From: the human T2T-CHM13v2.0 reference genome, Homo sapiens
Direction: 5' to 3' (one strand)
DNA: 64,000 nt
Assembly (NCBI RefSeq): GCF_009914755.1
Contig: NC_060935.1
Position 1 is the first letter of the stretch. Each line of letters starts with the position of its first letter. Positions 1 through 14,309 of the stretch are shown in pieces. The notes below the pieces were generated by a model. That model was not told where the DNA came from, searched no databases, and worked only from the letters and a program-made list of their open reading frames with translations. Both the position numbers and the translations under genes were made by a program.

Positions 1-157
1 GGCGTGTGCCATCACGCCCAGGTAAATTTTGTATTTTTAGTGGAGACTGGGGTTTCACCATGTTGGCCAGGCTGGTCTCAAACTCCTGACCTCATGATCT
101 GCCCACCTTGGCCTCCCAAAGTGCTGGGATTACAGGTGTGAGCCACTGCACCCGGCC
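1..157 (-). mobile_element. Alu (AluS, Sg-like) left arm, cut by window edge
   Basis: Reverse-complement Alu left monomer ending ...gagccactgcacccggcc; ggccaggctggtctcaaactcctgacctcatgatc pattern. Confidence 0.93.
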
Positions 158-299
158 TACTTTATAAATGGAAAGGCTGAAGTCAGAAAGGTGAAGTGAC
201 AGTTCATGTCACCCAGCTAGTTAGTGACAGAAGGTAACTCAAACCTACATTGTGGGATTCACAACAGTGTTTCTGTCATAACTGAAAACCACTGTTTTA

Positions 300-690
300 T
301 TCAGTAAGTCCATTAATTTGCCAAACAGCAAATATTTGTTGAGAATGTATTATGTGACAGGTACCAGGAATATTGTGGAGGGAAAAGACTAAGTGGACCC
401 TGCCTCCTCAGAACTCTCAATGCAGTGTGAGTTACAGATAATAAAGAAATAACCAGAAAAATCTATTATAATTCTGGTAGATGCTATAAAAGAGAAGTTA
501 GGTGTTTTAAGAAGGTTAAACAGGGCACGTGACCCAGTCTATAAGCTGGGAAAAATTTGCTCATGGATGTGACATATACCATGAGACCTCAGAGATAAAT
601 ATGAGTTAGCCTGGCATAGCATGACAGGTAGAAAGTTTCAGAAACAAGAAATGGCATGTGAAAAACACCCTAAGGTGAAAAGAGTTAGAT
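300..690 (+). mobile_element. L2 LINE relic
   Basis: caaatatttgttgagaatgtattatgtgacaggtacc...ccctgcctcctcagaactctcaatgcagtg resembles the degenerate L2 3' region; strand is nominal. Confidence 0.55.
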
Positions 691-2539
691 ATGTATTTGG
701 TATTTTAGTGTTAGCACTACCCAGATGACAGTGAGTATGCATATAGAGCAAGTGGCATTTATTTAATAGACAGAAATGCTAAACAACTGAACTTAAACGT
801 ACAATACTAAAACATTATTTTAAGAGCTACACTCTGCCTATTCATTACTTCATTCAACATCTATTGAGCTATGTGCTGGCCTGTTACTGCACTATGGGGA
901 TACAAAAATGAATGAAACATGGTTTTTGCTCTTGAAAAGCTCATGGTTTAGTGGAGAAGAATGTAAACAGAGGTAGGAAGAGAATGTCATCCACACAAAT
1001 GAAAGAGACTTTTTTATACATATCCTAATTGGGCAGCAAATTCCACATATCAACAGGTAAATAATTTCTTACATGATTATACCACTTTACAGTTTTCAGA
1101 GCATTTTAACACAGTGTTTATCATAATTTGCAATGAGGTATTTGTTTCTTTTTAGGAATTTAAAGTATTTCTCCTACTAACACGTAAAACTCATATGGCA
1201 GATCTTTTGTTCTAAATGCTGCATACAGGGCATAACATAGATTAGGAGCTCAATAAAAACTTTATGGATGAAAGAAAATGTGGTTATATTTGATTTGGCC
1301 AGCAAATTATAGAGATAGGGAGAATGATATTATCCTCCTCATTAAATTAACCTTTCTGAAAGAAGAAAGGTCTGAAAAGGGAAAAAGAGAAGACATTGAA
1401 CTGGAGTTTGAAAGTGAAATAGGTGTTTGTCCATTTTATAGGTGGAGGAAAGGCATAGAGGTAGAGACTACATCATTAACAAATTGTGGAGGCGTGTCAA
1501 CCATACTGTTTGGAGATAAGTGAAAAGATAGTGTGATTGGAAGATCAAGTATGTTTAGGAGCAGAAACAAGGCTGGTAGGACTATTAAGCTGGTTGTGCA
1601 ATGCTTTAGATGCCAGACTAAATTGTTCAAATTTTATCTTATAATTGAAGGGATTTTAGGTGGGGATTAAGATGATCAGATATGTCTAGAACATTACATG
1701 GAAGTGGAGAGAGACTGAAGGTGGCTTCTGTATTACAGTGCCAAGGAAGACATGGAGGGGGAAGATGGTATATCCTGGGAATGGTGGCGTGTTTCCAGAT
1801 GTCAAGCCAAAACTTGACATATTTATTCCTTCCTTATCCACCCACTTACAACTCAAACTCCAGAGCAGAATGTAGATATTCAAAATAGACTGACAAAGAC
1901 ATAATTCATGCTTTCTGCATCTTGCATAATGATTCAAAGGCACAGTGATCCACTTGTCCCTGACTTCCATAACTCTGGACAAAAAGAACCACACACAATA
2001 TTTATTATGAGAACACTTCTCTCTTTCTCTTTCTTCTTTTCTGAAATCCAGTCTCAAACATTAAGATTATACACAAGGAGAAGAGAAAGTGTATCAATAT
2101 TATTTTTGTTTTCTGTCTCATACCTAGAGACATATTTATGCTAGAGATATCTCCAGTTTAGTCTCTTTCCAAAAACAAAAAATAAACAAAACAAAACAAA
2201 CAAACAAACAAATCAGTGCTCTCAATCCTGGGAACAATAGACTCATCTTAACGGTAACGGTAGATTTAACTTAAGCTTCTGACCATATCCCCATCATTTT
2301 TTGTGCCTTTAAAAAGATTTTCTTTCTTTCTTTTCTTCTGACAGCATAGTTCTTTATAATGTGCCTAAAAACATGTATGAAAACTTGATGTGTCATTGGA
2401 AGGCTTTCAAAGTCAAAATCTCATTCTTCATCTGTATTAATGAACATTAGTTTTGCCTTTATTAAGGATTTATTCTAAAAACCATAGAAAGGCTGGGGTA
2501 ATACAAACTACCCTCTCACTAGGGGTTACAAATGCAATA

Positions 2540-2720
2540 TGAGAAGCATTGGACTTGACTTCACATCACAACCTCTAGTCATGTATGAACAAACTACCTA
2601 ATATCTCCAAGATCCAGTACATTCATCTGCAAAACAGGCATAACAATGCATAACTCACTGAATTGTGGTAAAAATTAAATAAGATTATTTGATTTTCAAG
2701 CTTTGTAAATCTTTTTAAGG
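2540..2720 (+). mobile_element. MIR SINE relic
   Basis: Core-like cattcatctgcaaaacaggcataacaatg...gaattgtggtaaaaattaaataagat. Confidence 0.55.
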
Positions 2721-3526
2721 TACCAAACAAATGCAAAATTTTCAAATTCTTCCATCTGGTTGAAGGTGGTAGGTCTCCCAGAGACTTCTAGTAAGAGATA
2801 AATATTTAATTGCATGTAAACATATTAAGCTAACTGCAACTATGAATATTTTATCATATATGGCAGATTTTCAGAATACCTTCGAACATTTTCCTTTATT
2901 TGATCCTTGTTCCAATGATTTGACATATAATGGAGAAGAGTCATTATTCCCCCTTTTCCAAATGAAAAATAATCAAGATTCAGGGATTTTCTATGATTTG
3001 TCCAATTTCAGACTAGAACACAAGACTAGTGCTAATTCAGATACAACACAGTACTCATTCTTGGGATAGAGCCAAGTGAAATGAATCCCAGGAGCAGTGG
3101 TAATTGGAAAGAGCTGCTTTCCAGAAAAAATAGGTCTTAGGAACCTACTTAGAAAAAGGGTGTCCTAGGAACACCCTTTGTGGAGGGCAGGAGCAGTCAC
3201 ATGACTGCATGGAAACCCTGTGTAGGGTGGTGAGAAAGGTAGCACTAAGAAGGAAGGGAATGGGTCTAGAGGGCTTGTCTATCATGCTTTTTTCTGTTCA
3301 CTGACAGCAAGTTATTATTATTTTATTATTAATATTTTATTTATTATATATTATTTATTATTGCCTTATTATTTTGCTCGCCAGCAAACTCACTGAAGGT
3401 AAGAACCATCTCTTAGGTCTCTTATATTTTCCCATGGTTCCCAAAACTGTAACTCCTATCTAACTAATACACAATTGCACAAAAGAGAATAGTGTCCAAT
3501 CCAAAATCTGCAAACTCACAACACCT

Positions 3527-3966
3527 CTATATTAGTTTCATAGGGATGTCTTAACAAAATATCACAGAGTTAATGTCCTACAACAACAGAAATTTACTGT
3601 CTTAAAGCTCTGGAGGCCAGAAGTCTGGAATCAAGATGCCAACAGGGTTGTGCTCCTGCTGAAGGTGCTATGGAAGGAACTGCTCCAGGCTTCTCTCCTA
3701 GCTTCTGTTAGTCCCTTGGCTTATGGCAGCATAACTCTAATCTTGACATGGTGTTCTGCCTGTGTGTATGTCTGTCTCTTCACATGCACTTCTTTTTATA
3801 AAGATACCAATCATATTGAATTAGTTACTACTGTACTTCAGTACGACCACATCTTAACTAATTACATCTGCAGTGACCCTATTACCAGATAAGGTAACAT
3901 TCTGAGGCAGTAGGAGTAAGGACTTCAATATATGAGGTTTTAGGGACATAATTCAATGCATAGCAG
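3527..3966 (-). mobile_element. MaLR solo LTR (MLT1B/MLT1C-like)
   Basis: tatattagtttc...acaacaacagaaatttactgtc...ctctggaggccagaagtctggaatcaagatg...aggtaacattctgagg...ggacttcaatatatga...attcaatgcatagca. Confidence 0.8.
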
Positions 3967-5289
3967 CCTCCTCCTGCTCTTAGGAGAATCTATCATGGTC
4001 TTAGTTTTTAAGATCTTGTTCAATTAGTGACCACAAACAGCTACTCTTTATAATCTCTCCATTTCTCTCTCCTCTACTATGGGTAATAAGATTCTTGACC
4101 AATACCATTATACTTGGCTTAGTATGGGCATTGATTTTCTAGCATTGTCTCCAAGATGTGCAGGAATGTGAACATCTGATTTTACCATAATACCATCTGA
4201 AATGCAGAATGTGAAATGCTAGTCAGCAATGGAAAAGCGAACATGAATTCTTGATGGTGAGGAAGACATCATATTGACGCTACACTGCCACTCTTCTGAC
4301 AAGAAGTCTGTCTGACAAGACATGTTGTCGGTTCCCTAAGGATCAGATGGCAGAAGTCCTATGTCAAAGGGCAATAAATAAAATGAGCACTGGAGACAAG
4401 GGCATAAAACAAGTGTACTCGGCTGTGTGACTGGCATCTCAAATGACTCAAGAGTCCGATTTCTTCCACTTGGCAGTTTGTATCATAGTCTACATTTAAC
4501 TTCACTCAGAAAATTCAGGGAAAGTATTCAGTGTAACAGCAACATCAGTCATGCAGAAGGCAGAGCTATTACTTGGGGTAATGTATTTATTTGAGAACCA
4601 CCAACTGTGTATATCTCAATGTGAGATCTGCAGAATATATGAGACTGAAAAGTTGCCTGAAAAGCAAAACCAGAATCCCCATGAGTCATTCTGCTTCTAG
4701 GTTCTAATGTGGTTACTTAACAGTTGAACCTGAAGTCTACTCCTGTCTCAATGTCCAGTTTTCCTTTTGGGGAGCTTCCCGTGGGCTCTCATGTCTATCT
4801 GAGCCACTACCTGGGCCTTTGCTGCATTAAGTGCTTGAGAACTGATCCCCAGCCACAGGCCACTTTTTGTACAACTACTAAGAGTTTCAGCAAGGACTCT
4901 TTTTGCTACTCTCATGCTGTCCTAAGGGGTCATTGGCCCTTACCCGCTACATAGGACCCACGATTGGCCAATGAATTACAAAGAGGCAGATGATTTTTGA
5001 AAAGGACACCCCTTCTTCCGGTTGAGGCTGTCTCATGCTTGGGTACATTGCTTGGCATGTGGAATTCCGGCTGAGTTTACACTCTCAGCAGATCTCTTCT
5101 CCTAGTCCCTTTGTGCAGGGTACACCTTACACCAAGTTATGGGGTTCTTCTATAATCTCCTGTTTACCAGTCAAATTTTCCCTTTAGTTACTCACAGTAC
5201 AGTTTAAACTTTAAACATAGGTTATTTCCCAAAAGAATATGGGATTATAGAAAAAGTTCTAAATACAGTGATTTTTAACTGTCACTGTG

Positions 5290-5680
5290 AGGATTACAAA
5301 CTCGAAGGCATATAGGGACCACATATATTATGCAATAAAAGAAGAATGGCTAGTGGGGATATGGTAACATTGAAAACACACCCGGCAGAACAGGGGTAGC
5401 AACACCTCAGTCCCAGCAGATTGCGGCCATGTGGGAATGATATCACTTATTTTCAAGAAAGGCTAAAAATCTAGATGTTTGTATGACGTTTCACATTTAT
5501 TTAAGTGTTGGCTTTTTTTTTCTTTTTTTTTTTTTAAAACAGAGTCTTGTTCTGTCGCCCAGGCTGGAGTGCAGTGGTGCGATCTCGGCTCACTGCAAGC
5601 TCCGCTTCCTGGGTTCACAATGTTGGCATTTATTTAAATGCCTCCAGGCCAATTTGGCCCTCAGATTTGGACTCAGAAAT
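5290..5680 (+). mobile_element. hAT-Charlie MER102-like fossil, interrupted by a truncated Alu
   Basis: acaaactcgaaggcatataggg start; ttttcaagaaaggctaaaaatctagatgtttgtatg...aagtgttggc internal match to recalled consensus. Confidence 0.55.
5513..5618 (-). mobile_element. 5'-truncated Alu (about 85 nt of right arm plus tail)
   Basis: Poly-T then acagagtcttgttctgtcgcccaggctggagtgcagtgg...gggttcac; short direct repeat tgttggc at 5506-5512 and 5621-5627. Confidence 0.88.
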
Positions 5681-5849
5681 CTCTGGGCTGGTGCATGATT
5701 TGGGCCTTCCTCAGGCATCTCTTACAGAATACTCCAGGCTGATTTCCTGGCAAGGCTCAGGGCTAATGTCATGCCTTCTTCTCGGTCTATGTCCCTGAGG
5801 TAGAGATCACCTTTTTCTTCTTTACCTGCAGCTATATTAAAAACATCTA

Positions 5850-6152
<303 letters not shown>

Positions 6153-6297
6153 CATCTACCTACCTCAGAGACCAGGATCAAGGGATTGAAGTCCAGGGAG
6201 AGAAAGCCTTTCCCTCTTCATATGTATTTAAAGCCTGCATTTCTTCCATTCAATAGACATTGACTGTGTGACCACACATAAACAGGCACTGTTCCAA

Positions 6298-6352
6298 ACA
6301 TATGTATGTACGTCATGACATATGTATGTATGTCACATATGTATGTATGTCA
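6298..6352. repeat. Three copies of an 18-mer acatatgtatgtaYgtca
   Basis: Copies at 6298-6315, 6318-6335, 6335-6352. Confidence 0.85.
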
Positions 6353-6535
6353 AGACATGCAAAGTTTATTACATGTCCCGGAGGCATATTTTTAAAAGTA
6401 AATAAATAAGAAAAAGTCCCAAAATTGTATATATTTGGGCAAAAATAAAAGAGGATAATGAGATAGAGAGGATAGTGGTGGGTTGAGGTTAGATTGGGTT
6501 GTCAAGAAAGCCTCTCTAAGGAGGTGGCTGGTTAA

Positions 6536-6664
6536 TATACATATATATATATACACACATACACATATATATACACATATATATACACATATATATACAT
6601 ATATATACACATATATATACATATATATACATACATATATATATACATATATATATATATATAT
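6536..6664. repeat. (TA)n/(TACA)n compound microsatellite grown from an Alu tail
   Basis: Direct reading; abuts the poly-T of the minus-strand Alu. Confidence 0.95.
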
Positions 6665-6964
<300 letters not shown>

Positions 6965-7649
6965 TGGATGGTTAATATTGAATGTCAACTTGACCGGATT
7001 GAAGGATGAAAAATATTGTTCCCAGGTATGTCTCTGAGGGTGTTGCCAAAGGAGATAAACATTTGAGTCAGTGGGCTGGGAGAGGTATACCCACCCTTAA
7101 CCTGGTTAGGCACCATCCCCTCAGCTGCCAGCATGGCTAGAAAAAGCAGGCAGAAGAACCTGGAAGGAGCAGACTTGCTGTCTTACAGTCTTCATCTTCC
7201 TCCTGTGCTGGATGCTTCCTACTCTCAAATGTCAGACTCCAAGTTCTTCAGCTTTTGGATTCCTGGACTTACACCAGTGATTTGCCAGAGGCTGTCAGGC
7301 CTTCAGCAATAGACTGAAGGCTGCACTGTCGGCTTTCTTACTTTTGAGTTTTTGGGATTCAGACTGGCTTCCGTGCTCCTCAGCTTGCAAACAGCCTATG
7401 GTGGGACTTCACTTTGTGACCATGTGAGTCAATATGTCTAATGAGCTCCTCTTCATATATACATATATCCTATTACTTCTATCTCTCTAGAGAACCCTGA
7501 CTAACACAGGAGGAATCTTGAGTAGAGTTTCTGAGAAGCAGAGCCCAAGATGGGGATTCCTATGAGTGATTGTTGAAGGTATGCTCTCAGGGGAAGTAAG
7601 AATAGAGACAGGAGACCAGCTGGGTTACTGCAGTGTTCAGTTGACAGAC

Positions 7650-8180
7650 AATAGAGACTGGACTAGGAAAGTAACCATAGAAAAGATAAGAATCTATCAG
7701 AGTTGCAAAATGTTTTGAACAAAAAGCAGACAGGATTTCCTGATGAATTGAATTCTGAGGTAAGGGGAAAAATGAATCAGGGATAATCTTCAGAATTTTT
7801 GGCATTTGTTAGTTGACAGTGTTATTGGCTAACTTGGGTTAATAAACAAGGGAAAGAGAAAACAATGCAGGGAAATGAATACCTTTTGGACATGCTACAT
7901 TTGAGATGCTTATTAGAATTCTAGTATAGTTGTTATGTAAAAAGTTGGACAAATAAGTTTAACGCTCAAGAGTGAGGTCAGGGCTACAGTCATAAATTTG
8001 AGAGTCATTTACCAATTGATAATATTTAAAGTCATCAAAAAGGTGATACCAACCAAGAGAAAAAGTATAGAGAAGAGGGCCCAGGATCAAGCTCTGAAAC
8101 ATCCAGTATGTACAGCTTCAACGGAGGAGAGCCAGTCATGAGCACTAAGAGAGAGATGTGTGGTTTCATCAAAGTTGAAA
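7650..8180 (+). mobile_element. L2 LINE relic
   Basis: ttttggacatgctacatttgagatgcttattag...gaggtcagggctacagtcataaatttgagagtcatt, typical L2 ORF2-antisense text; strand is nominal. Confidence 0.6.
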
Positions 8181-9233
8181 TAGACCTTCTATTTCACTAA
8201 CTGTCTTCTAATTCATTCCTTCTTCCTGGTGTGGTAGCTGTGGAATTTAGATGGGATTGATCCTATCCTATCTCCAAAAAAGTTCCCAATGAGTGCAAAT
8301 CTGTCAGGATAATATTATCCCCCTTGACTCAGGAGTTGGTTTTGGTAGTACTGGCTTAATTCAAATAATGCAAGTCATTATCTTGACTATATAATTCTAT
8401 TCCAGGCTGTTTTAATAAATATAAAACTCAGGGTTTTATTTTTCCACAAATAAAGAAAAACTATCTTTTCTTCCAGGTGTAGGTGAGAAAGCAATTTGCC
8501 CTAGATTTGGCTGTAAGCTGTCTTGAAATTATAAAGAACACACTCATAGATGAAATTGACTCTTGGAGGAAGGGCAGAACTCAAAGGACTGTATATAAAT
8601 GGAGCTAGAGGCCAGACCAAACTCTATTTGAAGGCATCCCATTTTACTCCTGATCTTTTCATATTTGTATTTTGTCAATGACCTGATAAAACCCCTGTAT
8701 TTTTTAAGCCAGATTTTCTAGAGTTCAGTAACTTGCAATCCAGGGCCCTCCCATGGATGCAAAATTTAGAAGAAAAGAGTATCTCAGGAAGAAAAGGGTG
8801 ACCACAGTGTCAAATGCTGCTGAGATTAATTTAAAGGAGGAAAGAAATTAGTGCTCGAATTTTACAACATAGATACTGTCGATGACATTGATAAATGGCA
8901 TTTCTCCTGTGGCAAAGTAGTTCAAAGGAAGCACACATAATTTTACAAGATACTAGGTATTTTGAATGCATATCACTCTAAATCCATACTTGGAAATTAG
9001 ACCTTCTCTGAAGGTAACACAGTGTGCAGATATGCAACTCTGCCCAACATCAACAAACACTCAGACTAGCACATCAAGCAGTTTAGCACCTGAATTCTGC
9101 AACTTCTGAGACACTTCAATTTCTAATAGTCATCTCCATAAAACAGTTGTACAAAAATGTCTGATTTGTGTGATTTTCCAAGAAACAAGAATGATCTGCC
9201 ACAAAGGTTTATTTAATTGTCATAATAATTTCT

Positions 9234-9266
9234 CACTTGATCTTAGCCAAAAGTCCGAGAAGCCAT
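9234..9266 (-). pseudogene. Tailless U2 snRNA retrocopy (U2 nt 1-33)
   Basis: Reverse complement atggcttctcggacttttggctaagatcaagtg vs U2 ATCGCTTCTCGGCCTTTTGGCTAAGATCAAGTG (2 mismatches); 22-bp TSD taattgtcataataatttctca at 9214-9235 and 9267-9288. Confidence 0.95.
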
Positions 9267-10699
9267 TAATTGTCATAATAATTTCTCAAGATTTTAACAG
9301 TGCCATTAAGATTTAAATGCTCTAAGAGGTAGTACTGGTCAGATTTTAGGTGTAAGCTACCACGTATTCATCCAGAAATCTGTGCTCAGGCCCATGATAC
9401 AGAAATGCATCTAAGCTCTGAGATTATAGCAATGGAGAATCCATTTTGCTTTTCCAAATCTTTCTCTGGAGAATCACTGCCTTTTCCCTGGGTATTTGTT
9501 AGCTGACCTTTTTGCCAAGTCTACACCCACTCTCTACTCAGGTTGAGCTAAAACACTCTGTTAAACTTTTTTTTTTTTTGGTAACTTGAGATATGAAATT
9601 TAATCCTGTCATAAATGGGCTATGTTAACTTGAAACTTTAGGATATGCTCCTGTTTTTATTGGTGAAGCTTTCCTAGCAATGTGAAAAAGGATACCATTA
9701 CACCATGACACTCAATATTCCTGGAATTAATTACTGAACCAGCTTTCGAACTTTATCTTTTCTACATTGGACTTATTTTGATACTCTGATCATTATTTTA
9801 TTCCTCTTTTGCGTACTTTTCTACTTTACTGATTTATTCATTAAGAATCTTTTTCTTATTTTAAATATGTTCTGTTGCTTCCTGGATATCACTTTTTTTT
9901 TTCCTCCTGGAGTGACATTTCAATGAACTGAAAAACCTGAATCACTCCCCATGTTTTCAGGCTTATGATTAGTTAGAACTATTTGGTGAAAGAGAAAGAA
10001 GTCTAACCCAAATTAGAATGTAATAGTTCATATAAAACTGAAAAAAAGCATCAATTTGTGTACAGATTTGAGGAAAATATTTATTTAATCTCTCAAATGT
10101 GGAAATTAGGTATGTATCGACTTTGCTTTCTTCTAAGGTTTAGCCACTCTCAAGGAGACTCTACTTTCCTTGAAATAACAACTTTGGAAAGGAAATTTGA
10201 TATTTTAATCAATTGGACGTAGGTTTGATTCCTATCCCTGGAATTAAGGGTGGAGTCAGTTCCAATTGAAGTTCATGATCTGAGAGCAGTGGAAGAGATA
10301 AATTCCCCTCCCTCTCCAGAACTGGGAGCTATTAACAGACAAGTAAAAATGAATGATTGGCAGTTTCCAAATGTCCATTTTGCTACCTATTATTCCACAT
10401 ACATATCAACTTTTGGGAAATAATTAGGTTTTTTAAGACTGAGGTTTAGAGTGAAAAACTCCTCGCTAAGTTTATGGTGAGATGCTGAAGCAACGAGAGA
10501 GAACAGAAACAAGAAATGGGTAGAAAAACAAATGGAAATTTAATGAGATCCATCTAAAAACAGAAATGGATACTGGGGTATACAGTCAGGAATCAGAGCC
10601 AGGGATATGAATATTATAGTAGGCAAAAATCATCTATATAATTACATTTTCAGAGATATGTATTGACATGAGAACATGTAGAGATAAAATACTCACCAA

Positions 10700-11095
10700 A
10701 ACTGTCACATTTCAACTTCTTGAGCACACAGCTAAATTACACTTCTCAGCCTCTTGCATTTAGGTGTTCTCATATGACTGAATGTTGGTCAATAGTGTGA
10801 AAGCAGAGGTCATAGGTATCATTTTCAAGGATGACTTCTGAAATCTCCCATGAGATCCTTCATGCCTCCATACTAAACCTTGTCTTACCTGTTAGCCAGA
10901 TCCAGAGAATCCATTATATGGCTTTGAAGCACCAGAAGAGGGCATAGCCACTAGGTGGAAGGTTCCAGGGTCTCCGAATGACTGAGTGCAAAAAATATAC
11001 CTATTAAACTATTCTCAACTATGGTTTCAGTGAGAAATACATCTTAGTTATGTTAAGCACTGTAGGTGGAGTTGTTTGTTGTAGCATTTGGCATT
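10700..11095 (+). mobile_element. Old MaLR LTR (MLT1H/I-like)
   Basis: gcacacagctaaattacacttctcagcctcttgcatttagg...catatgactgaatgttggtcaatag...gttgtttgttgtagca. Confidence 0.6.
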
Positions 11096-14000
11096 CTTTA
11101 CTATTTTACATAATATAGAGTTGAGTCATTTTTTAAATGTGAAAAGTATGTATTATAACATTTATTTTAAAAAATAAAAGAAGAAAACAAATAAAAACAG
11201 TAAGAATGGTTAACTCCAGGTGCTGGGCTTACTTGCAATTTAAAATGATTTTGTCTGGGATTTAAAGCAATTTTTAAAAGTAAAATAAACATTATATGCT
11301 GCAAACAAAATTTTAAGAAAAGCTAAATGGGAAAGGTGTTGAGAGATGTTTGAATGTTGTGTTCCGTATTGGTTTGATTTTTGGAGTGTGATCTGGAGCA
11401 CAGAGCATAAGCTGAGTGATTAAGTTTTAAAGAGATTGCACAGACAAATACTTCCTAAAGAATCTCCATTTGAACATTCAGGGAACTTTTATATCTGCAA
11501 GCTACTCTCCCGGTAGATCTAGAACAACAAAGATTACTCCCAACATATAAAAGAGATTTCAGTAGGTGCATTGGAATGAAGAAAATCTTGTTTAAATATG
11601 GTTAACGGCAACTCTAAAACACAAACTTTGGGCACTTTCAAATCAAGAACCTGATTAGTAGTAAAGAACCCTGGCACGTGGAGTGACCAGTCCAGTGAAA
11701 AAATGGTGTGGACAAGAATACAATACAGTACTTAGGATGCAGGCTTGCTTGTTATAAGAATAAGGCCTCCAAACATATTGGCTTGCTTGACTTAAACAGG
11801 ATCAAAGTTTGCCTTATTCATCTCCTAGAAGGGAGTCCAAGGCTGGTAGAATTATTTGACAGTACTGAAGATGGAAGCTTGCTCATTTGGTTGCTCTCCC
11901 ATCTTGAGCGTGTTGCCTTATCTGCATGTTTGCAGATGGCTCTCCTCCACTTCCATATTCCAGTCTATGAGAAGAGGCATAATCTAGAAATTAAACACAT
12001 TGCTCTGCTCAGATTGCATTGGCCCAAACTTAAACAAACTGTACATATCTTCAAGGGAGCCTGAATAATCTTTACCTAGTGACCATAAATACTATGAAAG
12101 TTCTCTTGTTTAAAAAAAGAAAGTAAGAGTGAGTATTGGGTGTTAACTAGCATTGCACAACATACAGAGAAGAATCCTGGGCAATTAGAACAGAGGAAAA
12201 GTTGGAAAGAATTAGATGGGCCCAGAATTAACAGTATTGGTGAAGAAAGAAAAATTGAAATTCAATCTGCACTGTTTATTACTAGTAGTTTATTGTATAT
12301 AATTGTGTTAAAATTACCCTCTTTGTTAAAAAGAAAAAGGTTCACAGGGTACATTAATAATTTAAACTCCTGAGTGAGTGAAAGAAATCTTCAGGTTTTT
12401 GCTGTACATTGATAAAGAGGATCAACTGAACTACATTGACTCTCATGAGTTCTAGTCCTGCTACTCATTAAGGAAACAGAGTTTTAGGCAGGTACAGGAG
12501 CTGACAGTGTTGTGGTCAAAATCTCTGAGCTAGGAGATTCCGAGAAACAAATAAATAAAAGAAAAGATAGCCAAGAAAGGTAAAATAAGGAAAAGAATCT
12601 GACACCAAGACTGCAGCTTCCCAGCCTCAGTGGTCTTAATTCAAACCCTCTCACCCTGGAAAGATACAACTCCCTCCAGATAAGACCTTGTCAGCTGTGT
12701 GGGAGATAGGACTTGTGAGGAGGATCCAGACTGTTCTTAGGCTCTTTTCCTCCACTCTAAGCATGGCTTCTTTGGTAGGACTGGGCTTTGGATCTGCTTT
12801 TCTCACTCCTACACATATGGGCATTTATTGGAATTAGACTGACTTTCTTCCTCATATTCATCAACCTTGACTGTCCCCCACTGATCCAAGTATCTTCCTA
12901 CTGGGCCTGCTATTTCCTTCTGCTACAAATCTTCACTCCACTCCCATGCAATTTCTCCCCTTTTCCGCTTATAATTTATCTTAGCCTGACCTTTGGATAA
13001 GCTTAAGAACCGCAGCAATATGTGCTCTTTAAATACAAGAGAAGAGTGTATACTTAAAAGAAAGGTTTGATTAAGACAGACAATTTAAAATTCAGCCACT
13101 TCCATTTTTCAAACCTACTTGATGTGAATTGTATTCCCACTAAAATTGTGATCAAGAAAACTTTCACAATTTGTTCTTTGGCTTACAAGGTGTTTTGGCG
13201 CTTCTTTACAAAGACAACTGGAATGACAAAGAGACACCCAGGCCCATTGGAACACAGAGTATTCTATAGCTAAACAGGTCCACTGAATTCTCATTAGGAT
13301 GAACTGGTAATTGATATTCCAATTTATGTATTAAACAAACATGCATTGTACACCTTCTAATGACCACAAGACAACCGAGAACTTAAGTGTACAATCTTTC
13401 ATGTTAAATAAGAGTACCTACATCATAGAGATTGTGAGGATTAAATGTGACAGCATGCTTAAAGAATTTAGGGCAGGGACTGTCATTTAGTAGGTACTCA
13501 ATAAATAAAGGTTATTCGCGTAAAACAGTACTATGTTTTGGAGATTCAGTGATAATTGACAACATTTTTGGCTTTGAAAGTCTTTGACGAGCCAGCAAAA
13601 AAAGGGATTCAAAGACATTAGAGGAGAGTATTGAAATAAATTAAGTTGGAATTTCTAACTTTATCAATTAATAAAATCTGAGTGAAAATGAAATGCCTGA
13701 AGACAGGTTTTGATAAAAAATAGAGAAAACCTGTTAGGTACGCGATTGGGAGGGGTTAAGTCTGAGCTGAGAAGACCTTGTCAAAATAACAACGTTTCTG
13801 AGGGTCAAACCTGAACCTGGACGTGACAACTATTTACTTCACTTTCTTGTCATTTCCTTCCTGTTATTCATTAGGTTTTAGGTCTGCAGACATTCTCAGC
13901 GATAATACAATTCAGCAATATATCTATTCTTTGAATTTATGGAAAAAGAAGTAATAAAAAATAAAAATTCTATAAATCAGAATTATATTCTGCACATGAT

Positions 14001-14309
14001 GATATGGTAAGATAAAATATGTATTTAAGCACCTGAGCATTTTTAATGTTCAGGAGAATGTTTCTGGTTTACACAATGATGTCCACTTGGTATTCTAAGG
14101 TTTAATCTCTTAAGATGTGAGGGCTAACCACAGACTAGTTTACTATTTGACTTTGTTAAAAATAAAAAGTATTTATAGACAGTTGAATAACCAATTTATA
14201 AATTTAAGCTTATCTCACACAATGTGGAAAGTCAAAGTAACATTTGCTTATATTAAGCAAATATATGTGTATATATTTGAAATGCACGTTTATATGTGTG
14301 TGTACAGAG

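Noticed and set aside
6298-6352. Three 18-mer repeats as a CRISPR-like array
   Set aside because: Spacers are 0-2 nt and the unit is low-complexity; slippage in a eukaryotic genome with no cas genes
13702-13733. 9-bp inverted repeat acaggtttt...aaaacctgt
   Set aside because: Expected by chance in 64 kb of AT-rich DNA
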